Origin: Candidatus Latescibacterota bacterium
GTDB taxonomy: Bacteria > Latescibacterota > UBA2968
Assembly (NCBI GenBank): GCA_965198115.1
Contig: OZ240241.1
Coordinates: 6,784,001-6,848,000 of the forward strand
Direction of reading: 5' to 3'
DNA: 64,000 nucleotides
Part shown: piece after piece, positions 39,881-49,655 of the stretch
Layout of the letters: every line of letters starts with the position of its first letter
Position numbering within the stretch: the first letter of the stretch is position 1
Translations under genes and position numbers: made by a program
Notes under the pieces: model-generated
What the model was told of the DNA's origin: nothing
Seen by the model: the letters and a program-made list of their open reading frames with translations, nothing else
Databases searched by the model: none

Positions 39881-42643
39881 TCACACCTTGGTGATCGGTC
39901 TTTGAACGATCTTGGATTGTTCAGTGCGCATTCTCCGATTTCTATAGACGAACTGCTCGAGGCCCCGCGGGGGTGCGTCGGTCTCCAGTCCGAGTGAGAA
40001 CTCGACAATCGTTCCACTTGGTAAGACATACGAACAGGAGACTGGTGCGGGTACGTCCAGCGACGAGATTTCCCGATCTAAGGGTTCGGGCCTCCCCGCC
40101 GGCAGCATTTTGTAGCGCGCTCCCGCAACCGTATCGAAGCAGATCAGGTCCGTATCGAACCGATCAGCTTTATCTGCTGTAGTCACTGTGACCGCGGTGT
40201 TCCACGGGTTGCGCACACGACAGGTTTCTCCGAGACGAGACTCGATTTCCACGAATTCGATCTCGCCGTCGCGTATTGAGGCGGTGACGAGAAAGCCCCC
40301 GAAGACGAGCATACGAAACAAGGCGTCCCACGCTTGGGGCCAGGAAGGGAAAAGGAGTATCACCTCAGGCTCGCCTGGCGCCGGAGCGGCTGCGTGGACG
40401 AGGGCGTCCTGGATCGTTGATGTGACCATACCCGACGGCTCCAGGCCCTGGGACTGGACGCCTTGCTCGAAGCAATTCAGGCCGTTGGCCAGCTGGGGCG
40501 TATACGCACCAAAGTGCGCGGCCAGAATATCGGGCAATTCGTCCCCTCTACCAGCGCGGGCACAGGGCATGGGGGTCCGTACCAAAGACGGTCGCCAGTG
40601 TTTGCCGGTCATGACATCCTTGTGATTCGGGCATTCGTCGATGGTCTTCTGGGCGATTTTGTCGACTTCCGGGTCACGCGTTTCCAGCGTCCACGTGGCG
40701 AAGGGGTAGATGGGAGAGATCCAGACGTCCTCGTATGGATATTTATCTCGCTCCACGTCGAGCTCGAGAAGGTGGCCGGCTGCCCACGCGCCTTCGTCGA
40801 GTACACTGAGGTTCAGGTTCTTTGCTCCCTGATCGCTCCCCAGCGGATAGGGTGTGAGGTGGTCTACGATGTCCTGCCACTCGGTGCGAATACCGGGGTC
40901 GAGATCGAGTATCTCGGCGGCCTGAATCGCGGCGGGTGTGATGGCCCGAATAGCCGCCAGATCCTTGAGGCTGTCTTTGACGACGTAGAAGGACTCCATG
41001 ACGTGTGTGCCATAGAGATGGTAGTGTCCGTCGTTCTCCTTCCTGAGTAGGTGTCGGTAGAGCTCGGTCGTTCCCTTGAGGAGCGGGTAGGCGTGCGAGC
41101 GCAACCACGCTCGGTCTCCCGTAGCGCGGAATCTCCACCAGGCGTGTAGCGCGATCTTGGGACCCGTCGAGACGATGTGGCTGATGGCCGCGAACGGTTT
41201 TTCCCAGCCTGGGGCGTCGCCCCGCTTCTTGTCGTAACGGGTGACGTGGTGGGCGTGCGATTCGTGCTGGCAGAGGGCGAGTGTTTCCGTCGACAGCGTT
41301 TCCTCGTTAGCACGCCAGAGGAAGTAGTCGCGAAACTCGCGTGCACACCCGTCGGGAAGTACAACGGGACCGTCCGTCGGACACGTCTCCGGGAAGTAGG
41401 CGCCGCTTTCGACGCCCCATCGCTGCCGAGCGGCGGTTTCACACAGCGGAAGCTGGCGCACATACGTGTCGAAGTACGGGTCGGTCACGTCAATCGCATC
41501 GGCCGCGATGAGCGGCGCGTAGGCCGTCTCCGCGATCCATTGCCAGATCTGGGTACCGAGTTGATGGCTGTCGCCGTTGGTCTGAAAGTTAAGCCCTGAT
41601 ATCTGCGGTACCGGGACATCGCCACGCGAAGCGCACGCGGCATAGTAGAGGTGCAACGTGCGGATTCGTTCAAAGTAGTCGGCGAGCCCGTCTTCGCTGT
41701 GCAGGTGGACGAATGTGCGAGACCAGTAGGCGTGCCACCATTCGACGTGCTGTTGGCGAAGGGCGTCGTAAGAGTGAGATGCATCGTCGAGGAGGGACAA
41801 CGCGTCGGCAACTACGTCTGTATCCGGGTCCGCCGACGCGGCGCTCGAAACCAGGATCGTCCGCCTGCCGGTCGCAGCAGGAAGGACGATGGCGCGAGCC
41901 TGGGGCGATCCCTCCGTTCGTGGCGGATGGTCAACGGGCTTCAGGCCTTCGTCCCACCAGACCGGTTGAATGGGGAGTGGTTCGGCCTCTTGGATGTGCG
42001 TGTTGTCTGCGATGGCTGAGGCAGCCACGGCGGCTGAAGCGTCGTAGACTTCCTCGCGGAATACACGCGTCTCGTGGAATCGCTGGGTCAGCAGGATCCG
42101 GTCTCCGATTTCGTCGAACGCACTGCGCGCGACGTGTGTGCCCGTGTCGATCTCCTCTTCGATTCGTGGGTGGACGAGCTTGAGAGGCGTTTCAACAACA
42201 GGTGCGCGCCACATCGACACAGTGAATCGTATGTCCTTCGGGTCATCACGTCGGTCGTCGATTTCCATGACGACGAGATCGGCGATGGAGGAAACGAAGC
42301 ATCGTACGCTCAGGTCGGAACCCGATATCGTGCACTCGGCGTCGTAGATTGAGAGATGCTGGCGATACGCGTCGCCTTCGAAGACGAGGCTTCCCACGTC
42401 GAGGTCGATTCTGGCACAGGGCCCGCGATAGTCCACGGGATTCTTGTGGTTGCCAGCGTGGTTTCGGTCGGAAGAGAAGACGTCGTTGCGATTGATCTGG
42501 GCCCTGACCGAACTGGCCGTAGGCCAAACGGTCATTCCCACACAGCCGTTGCCGATGGGCGTGCCTTCGAGGGACACTTCGGGTGGGGACAGGTAGACGA
42601 TGTCGGCCCGAGATACGAGGGAATGGTGATCGGCGGTCAACAT
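39881..42643 (-). CDS. GH95-like (alpha-L-fucosidase-like) glycoside hydrolase
   Basis: PIGNG..G, HVEWWHAYWSR, GAYFPET, AYPLLKG, LFPSWP..W, GGFLVTA. Confidence 0.7.
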   Translation of the reverse strand: MLTADHHSLVSRADIVYLSPPEVSLEGTPIGNGCVGMTVWPTASSVRAQINRNDVFSSDRNHAGNHKNPVDYRGPCARIDLDVGSLVFEGDAYRQHLSIYDAECTISGSDLSVRCFVSSIADLVVMEIDDRRDDPKDIRFTVSMWRAPVVETPLKLVHPRIEEEIDTGTHVARSAFDEIGDRILLTQRFHETRVFREEVYDASAAVAASAIADNTHIQEAEPLPIQPVWWDEGLKPVDHPPRTEGSPQARAIVLPAATGRRTILVSSAASADPDTDVVADALSLLDDASHSYDALRQQHVEWWHAYWSRTFVHLHSEDGLADYFERIRTLHLYYAACASRGDVPVPQISGLNFQTNGDSHQLGTQIWQWIAETAYAPLIAADAIDVTDPYFDTYVRQLPLCETAARQRWGVESGAYFPETCPTDGPVVLPDGCAREFRDYFLWRANEETLSTETLALCQHESHAHHVTRYDKKRGDAPGWEKPFAAISHIVSTGPKIALHAWWRFRATGDRAWLRSHAYPLLKGTTELYRHLLRKENDGHYHLYGTHVMESFYVVKDSLKDLAAIRAITPAAIQAAEILDLDPGIRTEWQDIVDHLTPYPLGSDQGAKNLNLSVLDEGAWAAGHLLELDVERDKYPYEDVWISPIYPFATWTLETRDPEVDKIAQKTIDECPNHKDVMTGKHWRPSLVRTPMPCARAGRGDELPDILAAHFGAYTPQLANGLNCFEQGVQSQGLEPSGMVTSTIQDALVHAAAPAPGEPEVILLFPSWPQAWDALFRMLVFGGFLVTASIRDGEIEFVEIESRLGETCRVRNPWNTAVTVTTADKADRFDTDLICFDTVAGARYKMLPAGRPEPLDREISSLDVPAPVSCSYVLPSGTIVEFSLGLETDAPPRGLEQFVYRNRRMRTEQSKIVQRPITKV

Positions 42644-42805
42644 GGTGGAAAAGGTCCTCGGGACCGCTCTGCAGCGGAAAACACGGTCACAGGCCATCGG
42701 TTGTTGCGCAGGGATCTCTCCACGGTGGTGATGGCACCCCCAAGAGGTCGGGTCATCCCATCTTGTGATACCGTGTCGAGATGACGGACGGGTATCGGGC
42801 GCACG

Positions 42806-43681
42806 CTATCGATCGAAGAAGAAAGCGTTGGCGGTTCCGCCGAGGATCCAATCACGGTCGGACGGGCTGAGGAAGTCGGCCTCTTTGATCAGGTCGATGG
42901 AGGCCACGAATTCCTGCATCGGATCCTTCATCTCGATTGGGCCGCCGCTGTCGCTTTCCCACATGCATCGATCGGGGCCGAAGGCATCGACGACGCGCCT
43001 GATCATCGGAAGAAGATCGTGGAAGGGGGCCATCCCGTCTCCAATGCCGTGGATGGGGCCGATCTTGACCAGTACGCGGGGGTGACGGCTGAGCCGACAA
43101 AGGGTCTGCATCTGATCCTCGGGGAAGGCCCCATCGCGAACGCGTACACCTTCGACGTGATCGAGGATGACCGGCGTTTCCGGAAAACGCTCGCACATAT
43201 GGTCGATGGCGGGAAGGTCGACGGCCCCCGTCAGGAAACTGATCGCCAGGTTCTCATCCGCTCCCGTGGCGAACATCCGCTCGTAGCCTTCCACGTTGAG
43301 CCAATCCTCTCGCTGCCCCCACTGAGGTTGAGCACCCTTGCCCCTCACGCGGAAGGCGTGGATCCCGTGTTCAGACAGGGCCTTCATCTGACGGCCGGGA
43401 TCAGCGAGCGATACGTCGCTGACAGCGGGGACCATGCCTGTGCCGACAAACGTATTCGGGTACGATTTGATCAGGTCGATGATGTAGCTGTGGTCCAGCC
43501 CATACCATGTCATCTGGACGAGGTTGATCCGGACGTGGCCGACCTGCCTGCTATAGACAGCATGATCGTCGGGTGTGAAGGAGGGATGCCATAGGTCCTC
43601 GGTCGTGAATCCAGGTGCGAGCGGGTATCGATCGAGGTCCGGACTCCAGACGTGGATGTGGGCGTCGACGATATCTGACAC
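42806..43681 (-). CDS. Amidohydrolase_2-family metallohydrolase (lactonase-like)
   Basis: VDAHIHVW, ILDH, AFGPDRCMWESD, ILGGTA. Confidence 0.88.
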   Translation of the reverse strand: MSDIVDAHIHVWSPDLDRYPLAPGFTTEDLWHPSFTPDDHAVYSRQVGHVRINLVQMTWYGLDHSYIIDLIKSYPNTFVGTGMVPAVSDVSLADPGRQMKALSEHGIHAFRVRGKGAQPQWGQREDWLNVEGYERMFATGADENLAISFLTGAVDLPAIDHMCERFPETPVILDHVEGVRVRDGAFPEDQMQTLCRLSRHPRVLVKIGPIHGIGDGMAPFHDLLPMIRRVVDAFGPDRCMWESDSGGPIEMKDPMQEFVASIDLIKEADFLSPSDRDWILGGTANAFFFDR

Positions 43682-43690
43682 GGTGAGAGC

Positions 43691-44578
43691 CTATCTCACG
43701 AACCAGCGGATGGCGTGGCGAGTGGTGTGGTCGTTGAATTTCAGCGTGTAGGGGTCGCAGCGGCGGTAAACCGCGTGTCCATCCGTTCGAAGGACGAGCC
43801 AGCCGAAGTCCCAGCCTCGGGATTCGTATTTCATCGGGATCGACGGTTTGATACGGGGGACGGGATGGGAACCGCCAATAAAAAGTTTCTGGTCCTGGTA
43901 GAAGTAGCACGAACCGATCTCGACGAAGACTTCGTGGGACATCGCTTCATCCGACAGGTCCGAGCAGAGATCGCTGACACCGACCTTGACCGCGCATCCA
44001 TCCGAAAAGGCGGAGGCGAGCGCGTCGACCGACCCGGATTGAACGTGCCCCTCCGAGTCATGACCGCAGATTTCCTCCCACGAATTGCATACGTAGTATT
44101 CGAACTCTTCGAAGTCATAAATGAAGTTGTGACTGGGTGCGTTCGTGTCTATGTCGTAACTGTCGAAGGCGTGATACTTGACCATGTCCGGTTCACCGTG
44201 GGTCGCGGATGGACGCGGTGAGCCTGCAGAAGGAGCCCCATCGAGGTGAGGGCGCGCGATGGCTTGATTGCCGTCCTGGTTGTAGAGAAAGAAAGACATG
44301 GAGGGACGCGGACCGAATCCGTCCGGGAGGGCAACGGGCTGGCGGAGGCTCATGATGCCGGCCACCCAGTGATCGTCGATCAGATAGGTCACGCCGAACT
44401 CTGCAACTTCGCGCACACGCTCTAGGCTGTCGGAACTCGTGTCGATGTGCTCGTTGTGGATGAATTCTGTACGAATACGAAGATCGCTGCCTCGGCGGAC
44501 GGCGTCGACCAAGTCTGTTTCGCTCCCAGAGACGCGCTTCCGCTCCGAATCCAATCTCAGTGCACACGTCCAAGGCAT
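43691..44578 (-). CDS. Hypothetical protein with a twofold internal repeat
   Basis: W..RLDSERKRVSGSETDLVDAVRRG vs W..GHDSEGHVQSGSVDALASAFSDG. Confidence 0.65.
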   Translation of the reverse strand: MPWTCALRLDSERKRVSGSETDLVDAVRRGSDLRIRTEFIHNEHIDTSSDSLERVREVAEFGVTYLIDDHWVAGIMSLRQPVALPDGFGPRPSMSFFLYNQDGNQAIARPHLDGAPSAGSPRPSATHGEPDMVKYHAFDSYDIDTNAPSHNFIYDFEEFEYYVCNSWEEICGHDSEGHVQSGSVDALASAFSDGCAVKVGVSDLCSDLSDEAMSHEVFVEIGSCYFYQDQKLFIGGSHPVPRIKPSIPMKYESRGWDFGWLVLRTDGHAVYRRCDPYTLKFNDHTTRHAIRWFVR

Positions 44579-44722
44579 CACAATGAATCCCTTCTTGTCT
44601 TCGGCCCTTCCGATCTCCACCAAAGCTGTGGAGGAGAGGGAAGTGAAATCCACCGGGATGTAACACGTCAAGCAGGGTCAGTGAAGATGACTTCACCGAT
44701 TCGAAATAGCCAACGCGTGGAT

Positions 44723-45346
44723 CTAAGCGTCGGTTTTCAGAACATCGGCAGTTCCACTCCACTCGCCCCTGATCGCAGACAGTAGCAACCCGGGCTGAAT
44801 GACTGCATCAATCAGGAAGTGTGCCGCTATACAGGGGGCCAGACTGCGATCACCAATTACATAGACCATGGCCAGTCCCGCGCCGATCACGCCGGTGGCG
44901 ACTGCGGCGGTTAGAGCAACGTGGAGGCTTCCCTTGATCAGACCCCAAAGGGCGTGAGCGGCGCCAAAGATCAATGCGGAGGCCATGATCTGAAAAGGCA
45001 CATTACCTCCGACCCGCATAGCGCCGTCCATGATGATGCGTCTGAAGAAAGCTTCCTCAACAACTGCTGCACCGATCGCGGCCCATAATGAGATCCCTTT
45101 GAGGACCGAGATTTCCCGCCACGTTGCCCGCACCTGAGGGAAATTCTTAACTGTGAAAGCGATACAGCCTGTCGCAATGAGAAAGGCCAAAAGCCAAGCG
45201 GTGAGTGTACCCGTAATGCCAGACTCGAAACCCAGTGGGTGGAGGAAAGAGTCACCCCGCAAATAGTCTATGATCGGAATGCTAAGAACGATGGCGGCGA
45301 TAGAGAGGAAAGCCATCGTTGTGGCTCGTGGATCTCTCCGCTTCAT
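44723..45346 (-). CDS. CPBP (CAAX/Abi-family) intramembrane glutamic endopeptidase
   Basis: EEAFFR, FGAAH, AHFLID motifs; several hydrophobic helices. Confidence 0.88.
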   Translation of the reverse strand: MKRRDPRATTMAFLSIAAIVLSIPIIDYLRGDSFLHPLGFESGITGTLTAWLLAFLIATGCIAFTVKNFPQVRATWREISVLKGISLWAAIGAAVVEEAFFRRIIMDGAMRVGGNVPFQIMASALIFGAAHALWGLIKGSLHVALTAAVATGVIGAGLAMVYVIGDRSLAPCIAAHFLIDAVIQPGLLLSAIRGEWSGTADVLKTDA

Positions 45347-45395
45347 CTTCTCCACCTGATAATCAGACACAGTGGTAGAGGCGGGGTTTATTATT

Positions 45396-46815
45396 GGCTC
45401 TATCCGGGTTTCTCAACGGTGAAACTATAGAATGACAAGGTCATAGATCGTTCCCTACGCTTGGTTGTGTGTGTAGGACAATCAAAGCGAAGGGGGTGCG
45501 ACCTATGACCGGGAGCAGATTACTATCGAAACTGCTGAGATTCAAGGGGTTCCGTGTTGTCAGCTGGTGGTTTGAGGGGAGAAGCTGCTTCGTCATCGCC
45601 GTAAAGCCACATAAGAATGGTTGTTGTTGTCCGGAGTGCGGCCGTCGAGGTAAAATCGTCCGCACAATGCCCCATCCGCGTCGGTGGCGTGACATTCCGG
45701 TGTGCGGGTGGAGGGTCTGGCTTCTCTACCATCCTCGGGAGATTCGGTGTCCTACCCACGGTCGTGTGGTCGAGGAGATTCCGTGGGCGGAGCGGTTCTC
45801 TCGGGTGACGTATCGCTTCGAGTATGCCATGCTGCGCTACTGCCAGACCATGACGCAGAAGGCGGCGTCCGAGTTACTGCGCATCTCTGCCTCGACGCTG
45901 TCGGATCTCCTTCACCGATCCATCACGCGGCTTCGTGAAGGTCATCGTATCCGAGGGCTCAAAACCATCGGGATCGACGAGATCTCCTACGCCAAGCGTC
46001 ACAGGTACGCCACGCTCGTTTACGATCTGGACCGCTCCTGCGTGGTGTGGGTTGGCCGCGGCAGGGCGCGTAAAACGATCGATCGGTTCTTCACAGAGGC
46101 TCTCAGTCCCTACCGGAGATCCAAGATCGAGTGGGCCTGCTGCGACATGAGCGAAGCTTACATCGGAGCCATCCAGGAACACTGTCCGAATGCCAAGCTG
46201 GTCCTCGATCGCTTTCACCTCGTCAAGGCTCTCAATGCCGCCGTTGACGAGGTCCGTAAGGACCAGTGGCGTAAAGCTGCCCCGGATGAGCGCAAAGCCA
46301 TGAAGGGCCTCCGATGGCTCCTCTACCGGCACTCAGCGACACGCTCCAGAGGGGATACTCGGACACTCAAAGCACTGGAGAAGGCGAACTACCGAATCTA
46401 TAGAGCCTGGAGACTCAAGGACGAGTTCGAGCAGTTCTGGGAATACAAAGCGCCCTGGGCTGCCGAACGCTTCCTGAAATGCTGGACGACGTCCGCACTC
46501 AGAAGTCGACTTGAACCCCTGCGAAAGTTCGTCAGGACCCTGCGACAGCACTTCTTCGGCGTCCTCGCATTCGTGAACACGCGTCTTACCAACGCCATCG
46601 CCGAAGGCCTCAACCGAATCGTCCAAATCGTCAAGAACCGAGCCAGCGGATTCCGCACACTCGACGCATTCAACGATATGATCTTCCTTACCGTCGGAGA
46701 CATAAACATCCCTGAGCAGATTCCGAAGAGGTTCCGCACACGCTAACCGCGCCCCCATGCCAGGAACCACGGCACCTTCACCCACTTCAGCTCGTTGAGA
46801 GATCCGAATATAGCC
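45396..46815 (+). mobile_element. Complete ISL3-family insertion sequence (1420 bp)
   Basis: IRL GGCTCTATCCGGGTTTCTCAACG and IRR CGTTGAGAGATCCGAATATAGCC (19/23 match); 8-bp TSD TTATTATT at 45388-45395 and 46816-46823. Confidence 0.93.
45469..46746 (+). CDS. ISL3-family transposase
   Basis: CPECG zinc finger, GIDE, CDMS, DRFH, TNAIAEGLN..K..A.GFR. Confidence 0.95.
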   Translation: MCRTIKAKGVRPMTGSRLLSKLLRFKGFRVVSWWFEGRSCFVIAVKPHKNGCCCPECGRRGKIVRTMPHPRRWRDIPVCGWRVWLLYHPREIRCPTHGRVVEEIPWAERFSRVTYRFEYAMLRYCQTMTQKAASELLRISASTLSDLLHRSITRLREGHRIRGLKTIGIDEISYAKRHRYATLVYDLDRSCVVWVGRGRARKTIDRFFTEALSPYRRSKIEWACCDMSEAYIGAIQEHCPNAKLVLDRFHLVKALNAAVDEVRKDQWRKAAPDERKAMKGLRWLLYRHSATRSRGDTRTLKALEKANYRIYRAWRLKDEFEQFWEYKAPWAAERFLKCWTTSALRSRLEPLRKFVRTLRQHFFGVLAFVNTRLTNAIAEGLNRIVQIVKNRASGFRTLDAFNDMIFLTVGDINIPEQIPKRFRTR

Positions 46816-46871
46816 TTATTATTAGGTCCGGTACGTAGGGGCTTGTCAAGTCAGGAAGAGATTGCGCGTCT

Positions 46872-47966
46872 TTATGCTCTTCCCACGGGTCCGATAAACA
46901 GTTCTTCAGGCAGGAAGCTCGTCGTCTCCGTGGCGTGCTTGTATTCAATGCCTTCGGTCGTGACGACCCCCATGGCTGTGAAGTATTTCCCTTCGCCGCT
47001 CGCCCCGCTTTTGTTCCCGCCGCTGTGACTTCGCAGCCAATCGGGATCGATGATTTGCTCACCTTTCCAGATACCATGGGTAGCGTTCAGGTGGCCAAAC
47101 CGGGCCAGGTCCGATGCGTTCATGACCACCCAACCTGGTCCGCTGCGAACAGGCTTTCCATTGATCTCATAGGGCGGATCGAGATAGGTGTACGTGTCCG
47201 GAATTGCTGGGTAGAGGTATTTCTCGTCCTTGATGTAGGCTCCAGTCAGCCAGTCCCATCGTTCCGCCGGGATGCCCATCCGGTCAAAGAGCCGCTCTTG
47301 GATGACGTCCTTGATGTCTCGATCCCAGACGTAGGTGAGAGCCTGACCCAGACGCCAGAACCCGGCGCTGCTGTAGTGACCGACCGTACCCGGTTCGATG
47401 TGGGCGTAGAGGTCGTAAAAAGGATCGCCGGTCCAGGTCGCCCACTCGGGAACGCCCGGTTCGGCGACCGCGTCTTCGAGCCCAGTACGCTTCTCCTGCC
47501 AGCGGATGCCCAGCTCCATGGGGAATCCCCCGTAGTGCAGGGACTCGTGCTTTGGCCCGACGAGGTGCCTCCACGTCAGCTTCTCGTGATGACCCTCGGT
47601 CAGGACTTTGTGAGGATGGGAGAGCTGGCCCTCGCCGGTCCAGGACTTGTTGATCGGCTCGTCAGGATCGATGAGGCCGTCGGCGACCGCGAAACCGAGA
47701 ACTGCCCACGTGAAGGCCTTGCCTACCGAGGCGGTCTGATGCTGATAGTGTCGATCACCCCAGGCGTGGAACAGATAACCGCCTCGCGTGATCACGGCAC
47801 CGTGGTTGTTGCCGGGGTGATCCTCTCCTCCGAATGACGCTCCCCTGATCTCCAATCCGGCAAGGAAGGTCTCGAACTTTTCGGGGTCGAGGCCAGCTTC
47901 CTCGGGCGGGATTTGCACCCAATCTTCCTCTGGAAACGTCACCCAGTCTGGTAGTTCAGTCGCCAT
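46872..47966 (-). CDS. Serine hydrolase of the beta-lactamase/esterase fold
   Basis: ASVGK (SxxK), PGT..HYSS, ASDLARFG, W.GEQII..W. Confidence 0.8.
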   Translation of the reverse strand: MATELPDWVTFPEEDWVQIPPEEAGLDPEKFETFLAGLEIRGASFGGEDHPGNNHGAVITRGGYLFHAWGDRHYQHQTASVGKAFTWAVLGFAVADGLIDPDEPINKSWTGEGQLSHPHKVLTEGHHEKLTWRHLVGPKHESLHYGGFPMELGIRWQEKRTGLEDAVAEPGVPEWATWTGDPFYDLYAHIEPGTVGHYSSAGFWRLGQALTYVWDRDIKDVIQERLFDRMGIPAERWDWLTGAYIKDEKYLYPAIPDTYTYLDPPYEINGKPVRSGPGWVVMNASDLARFGHLNATHGIWKGEQIIDPDWLRSHSGGNKSGASGEGKYFTAMGVVTTEGIEYKHATETTSFLPEELFIGPVGRA

Positions 47967-47991
47967 TCAGACGTCCCTTCTTGCTTTCTGA

Positions 47992-49125
47992 CTATGTGGA
48001 GATTCCAAAAAGCGAGGCTGCGTTTTTGCCCAGAATCAGGTCCTTCTCTTCCCGAGACAGGAAGTCACAGTGGATCCTGATGAAATCCAGTGCCTGACGA
48101 TACGTGCACCACGTGTTTGTGCCGTATGGGCTGTCCGTGCCCCACAACAGCTTGTGAGCACCAACCCGATCGCGCAAGCCCTTTAGCTGTTTCTGCCCCT
48201 CAGGGAAAGGGTAGTCCGGCCACTTGGCAGGGAAGAGGATCTCGGCGTGCATGGCTGGTCGCTTCAGGAGGCGGACCACAATATCGGGGATGCCGATTTC
48301 GTGGATGATAGCCGCGGGAACGAGGCCGTGTGTGATGACAGATGGTACATGTGGATGCTTCTGCGCCCACGTATCCAACTCTGCGACTCGGCGCTTGAAC
48401 ATCTCGACGCGATCGGCCGTGCGGTCGTCGATGTACCAGAAGACTGGCAGCTCCAGTCTTTCTACCGTGCTCCAGAGGTCACCGAACATCGGGTCGTTGA
48501 TCGAGACGTCCATCTGCAGGACGGACAGCGGCTCGACGCTGAAGTAGAGTCCTCTGTTGCCGTGTTCGACGATGGCACGTTCGAGACTTTCGAGCCGCTG
48601 TGGGTCGTCGGCTTCAGGCTCCCAGATCTGTCCCAGGCCGATGAATCGACTGGGATAGGCTTTCATCGCCTTACCGAAGTATTCGGATAGATCCCCGTAA
48701 ACGTGGTCGCATTGCAGAACACCCGCATCGACGCCCGCCAGGTTCATTTCCGCGACCATTCGATCGGGCGGCGCTTCGTTGTTCACGAGGTTGGGCGGAT
48801 AGAACTGCATGACATAGTCGACACCATTGACGGTGATTTCGACTTGGCCGAAGTCCGTCAGACGGAAGTCGACATCGGGCATCTCGTCGATGTTGTCGGA
48901 GTCGAACTCCAGGAATTGTTCGGAGGTGTGGGCGCCGTCGCTTTTGCGCCAGAAGTTGTTCCACTCGCGGGAGTGGTATTGCCAGAATTTGAGGCGAAGT
49001 TCGGGATCGATCCCTTCGCGCTGCGATCCGAGGCGTGGGAAGATGTGATAGTGTGCGTCGATGATTGGGGATGAGTTCTCGCTAGAGTTACCATCGATGA
49101 CCCAGCCGCCCCCGGTGAAGGTCAT
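47992..49125 (-). CDS. Amidohydrolase_2-family protein (start uncertain)
   Basis: IIDAHYHIF, AGVDAGVL, LLWGTDSP, ILGKNA. Confidence 0.85.
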   Translation of the reverse strand: MTFTGGGWVIDGNSSENSSPIIDAHYHIFPRLGSQREGIDPELRLKFWQYHSREWNNFWRKSDGAHTSEQFLEFDSDNIDEMPDVDFRLTDFGQVEITVNGVDYVMQFYPPNLVNNEAPPDRMVAEMNLAGVDAGVLQCDHVYGDLSEYFGKAMKAYPSRFIGLGQIWEPEADDPQRLESLERAIVEHGNRGLYFSVEPLSVLQMDVSINDPMFGDLWSTVERLELPVFWYIDDRTADRVEMFKRRVAELDTWAQKHPHVPSVITHGLVPAAIIHEIGIPDIVVRLLKRPAMHAEILFPAKWPDYPFPEGQKQLKGLRDRVGAHKLLWGTDSPYGTNTWCTYRQALDFIRIHCDFLSREEKDLILGKNAASLFGIST

Positions 49126-49150
49126 TTTGTCAGACACCACAGAGAGCATC

Positions 49151-49655
49151 CTACAGTTCCCGCCAGTCCTCGTGCTGCTCGAATGCATAAGCCGCACGAT
49201 AGATTGTCGATTCCTCCCAATATCTTCCCACGAGCATCATTCCGACGGGCAGTCCATCGACCACGCCACAAGGAATGGACATTGCCGGATGATGGCTGAC
49301 GTTGAATGGCGATGTGTTGGCGAGGCCTATCCAGGCAGCACCGACACTGGCTTCGATCGGCGCATCGGCCGGGGGTAGTTCCTGGGCGCGCATCGCCGTT
49401 GTGGGGAGCAGCAACAGATCCACATTTTCAAACAACACATCGTAGCTGGCGCGCAGTTGACGGAAGAGATTCACACTCTTGGCGTGGAGCCCATATCCGT
49501 ATTCTCTGCGAAGGAACTCCGCCAAAATCATACAACACTTCACGGTTTCAGGCAGGTCATCGGGTCTCTCACGCCACTTGCTTTGTGCTGTAAGGAATCC
49601 CGTTTCGAATACGTCTTCGCGTCCCATTCCCAATCCGTCCGAATCGAATACTGAG
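49151..49655 (-). pseudogene. C-terminal fragment of an amidase-signature enzyme
   Basis: DLLLLPTT, NTSPFNVSHHPAMSIPCG..DGLPVGMMLVG..EESTIYRAAYAFEQ; catalytic N-terminal region absent. Confidence 0.8.

Noticed and set aside
46834-46852. Fourth REP copy (CGTAGGGGCTTGTCAAG)
   Set aside because: It has the GTAGGG start but no closing CCCTAC arm; better explained as a -35 region on the minus strand.
3376-47837. Long antisense ORFs (e.g. 3376..4323, 19365..20420, 34798..35823, 46935..47837)
   Set aside because: Shadow frames opposite well-supported genes, expected at high GC; no motifs.
46872-47966. Antibiotic-resistance beta-lactamases (this gene and the MBL-fold gene at 8241)
   Set aside because: Only fold-level motifs are present, with no signal peptides; the catabolic context favours esterase/hydrolase roles.
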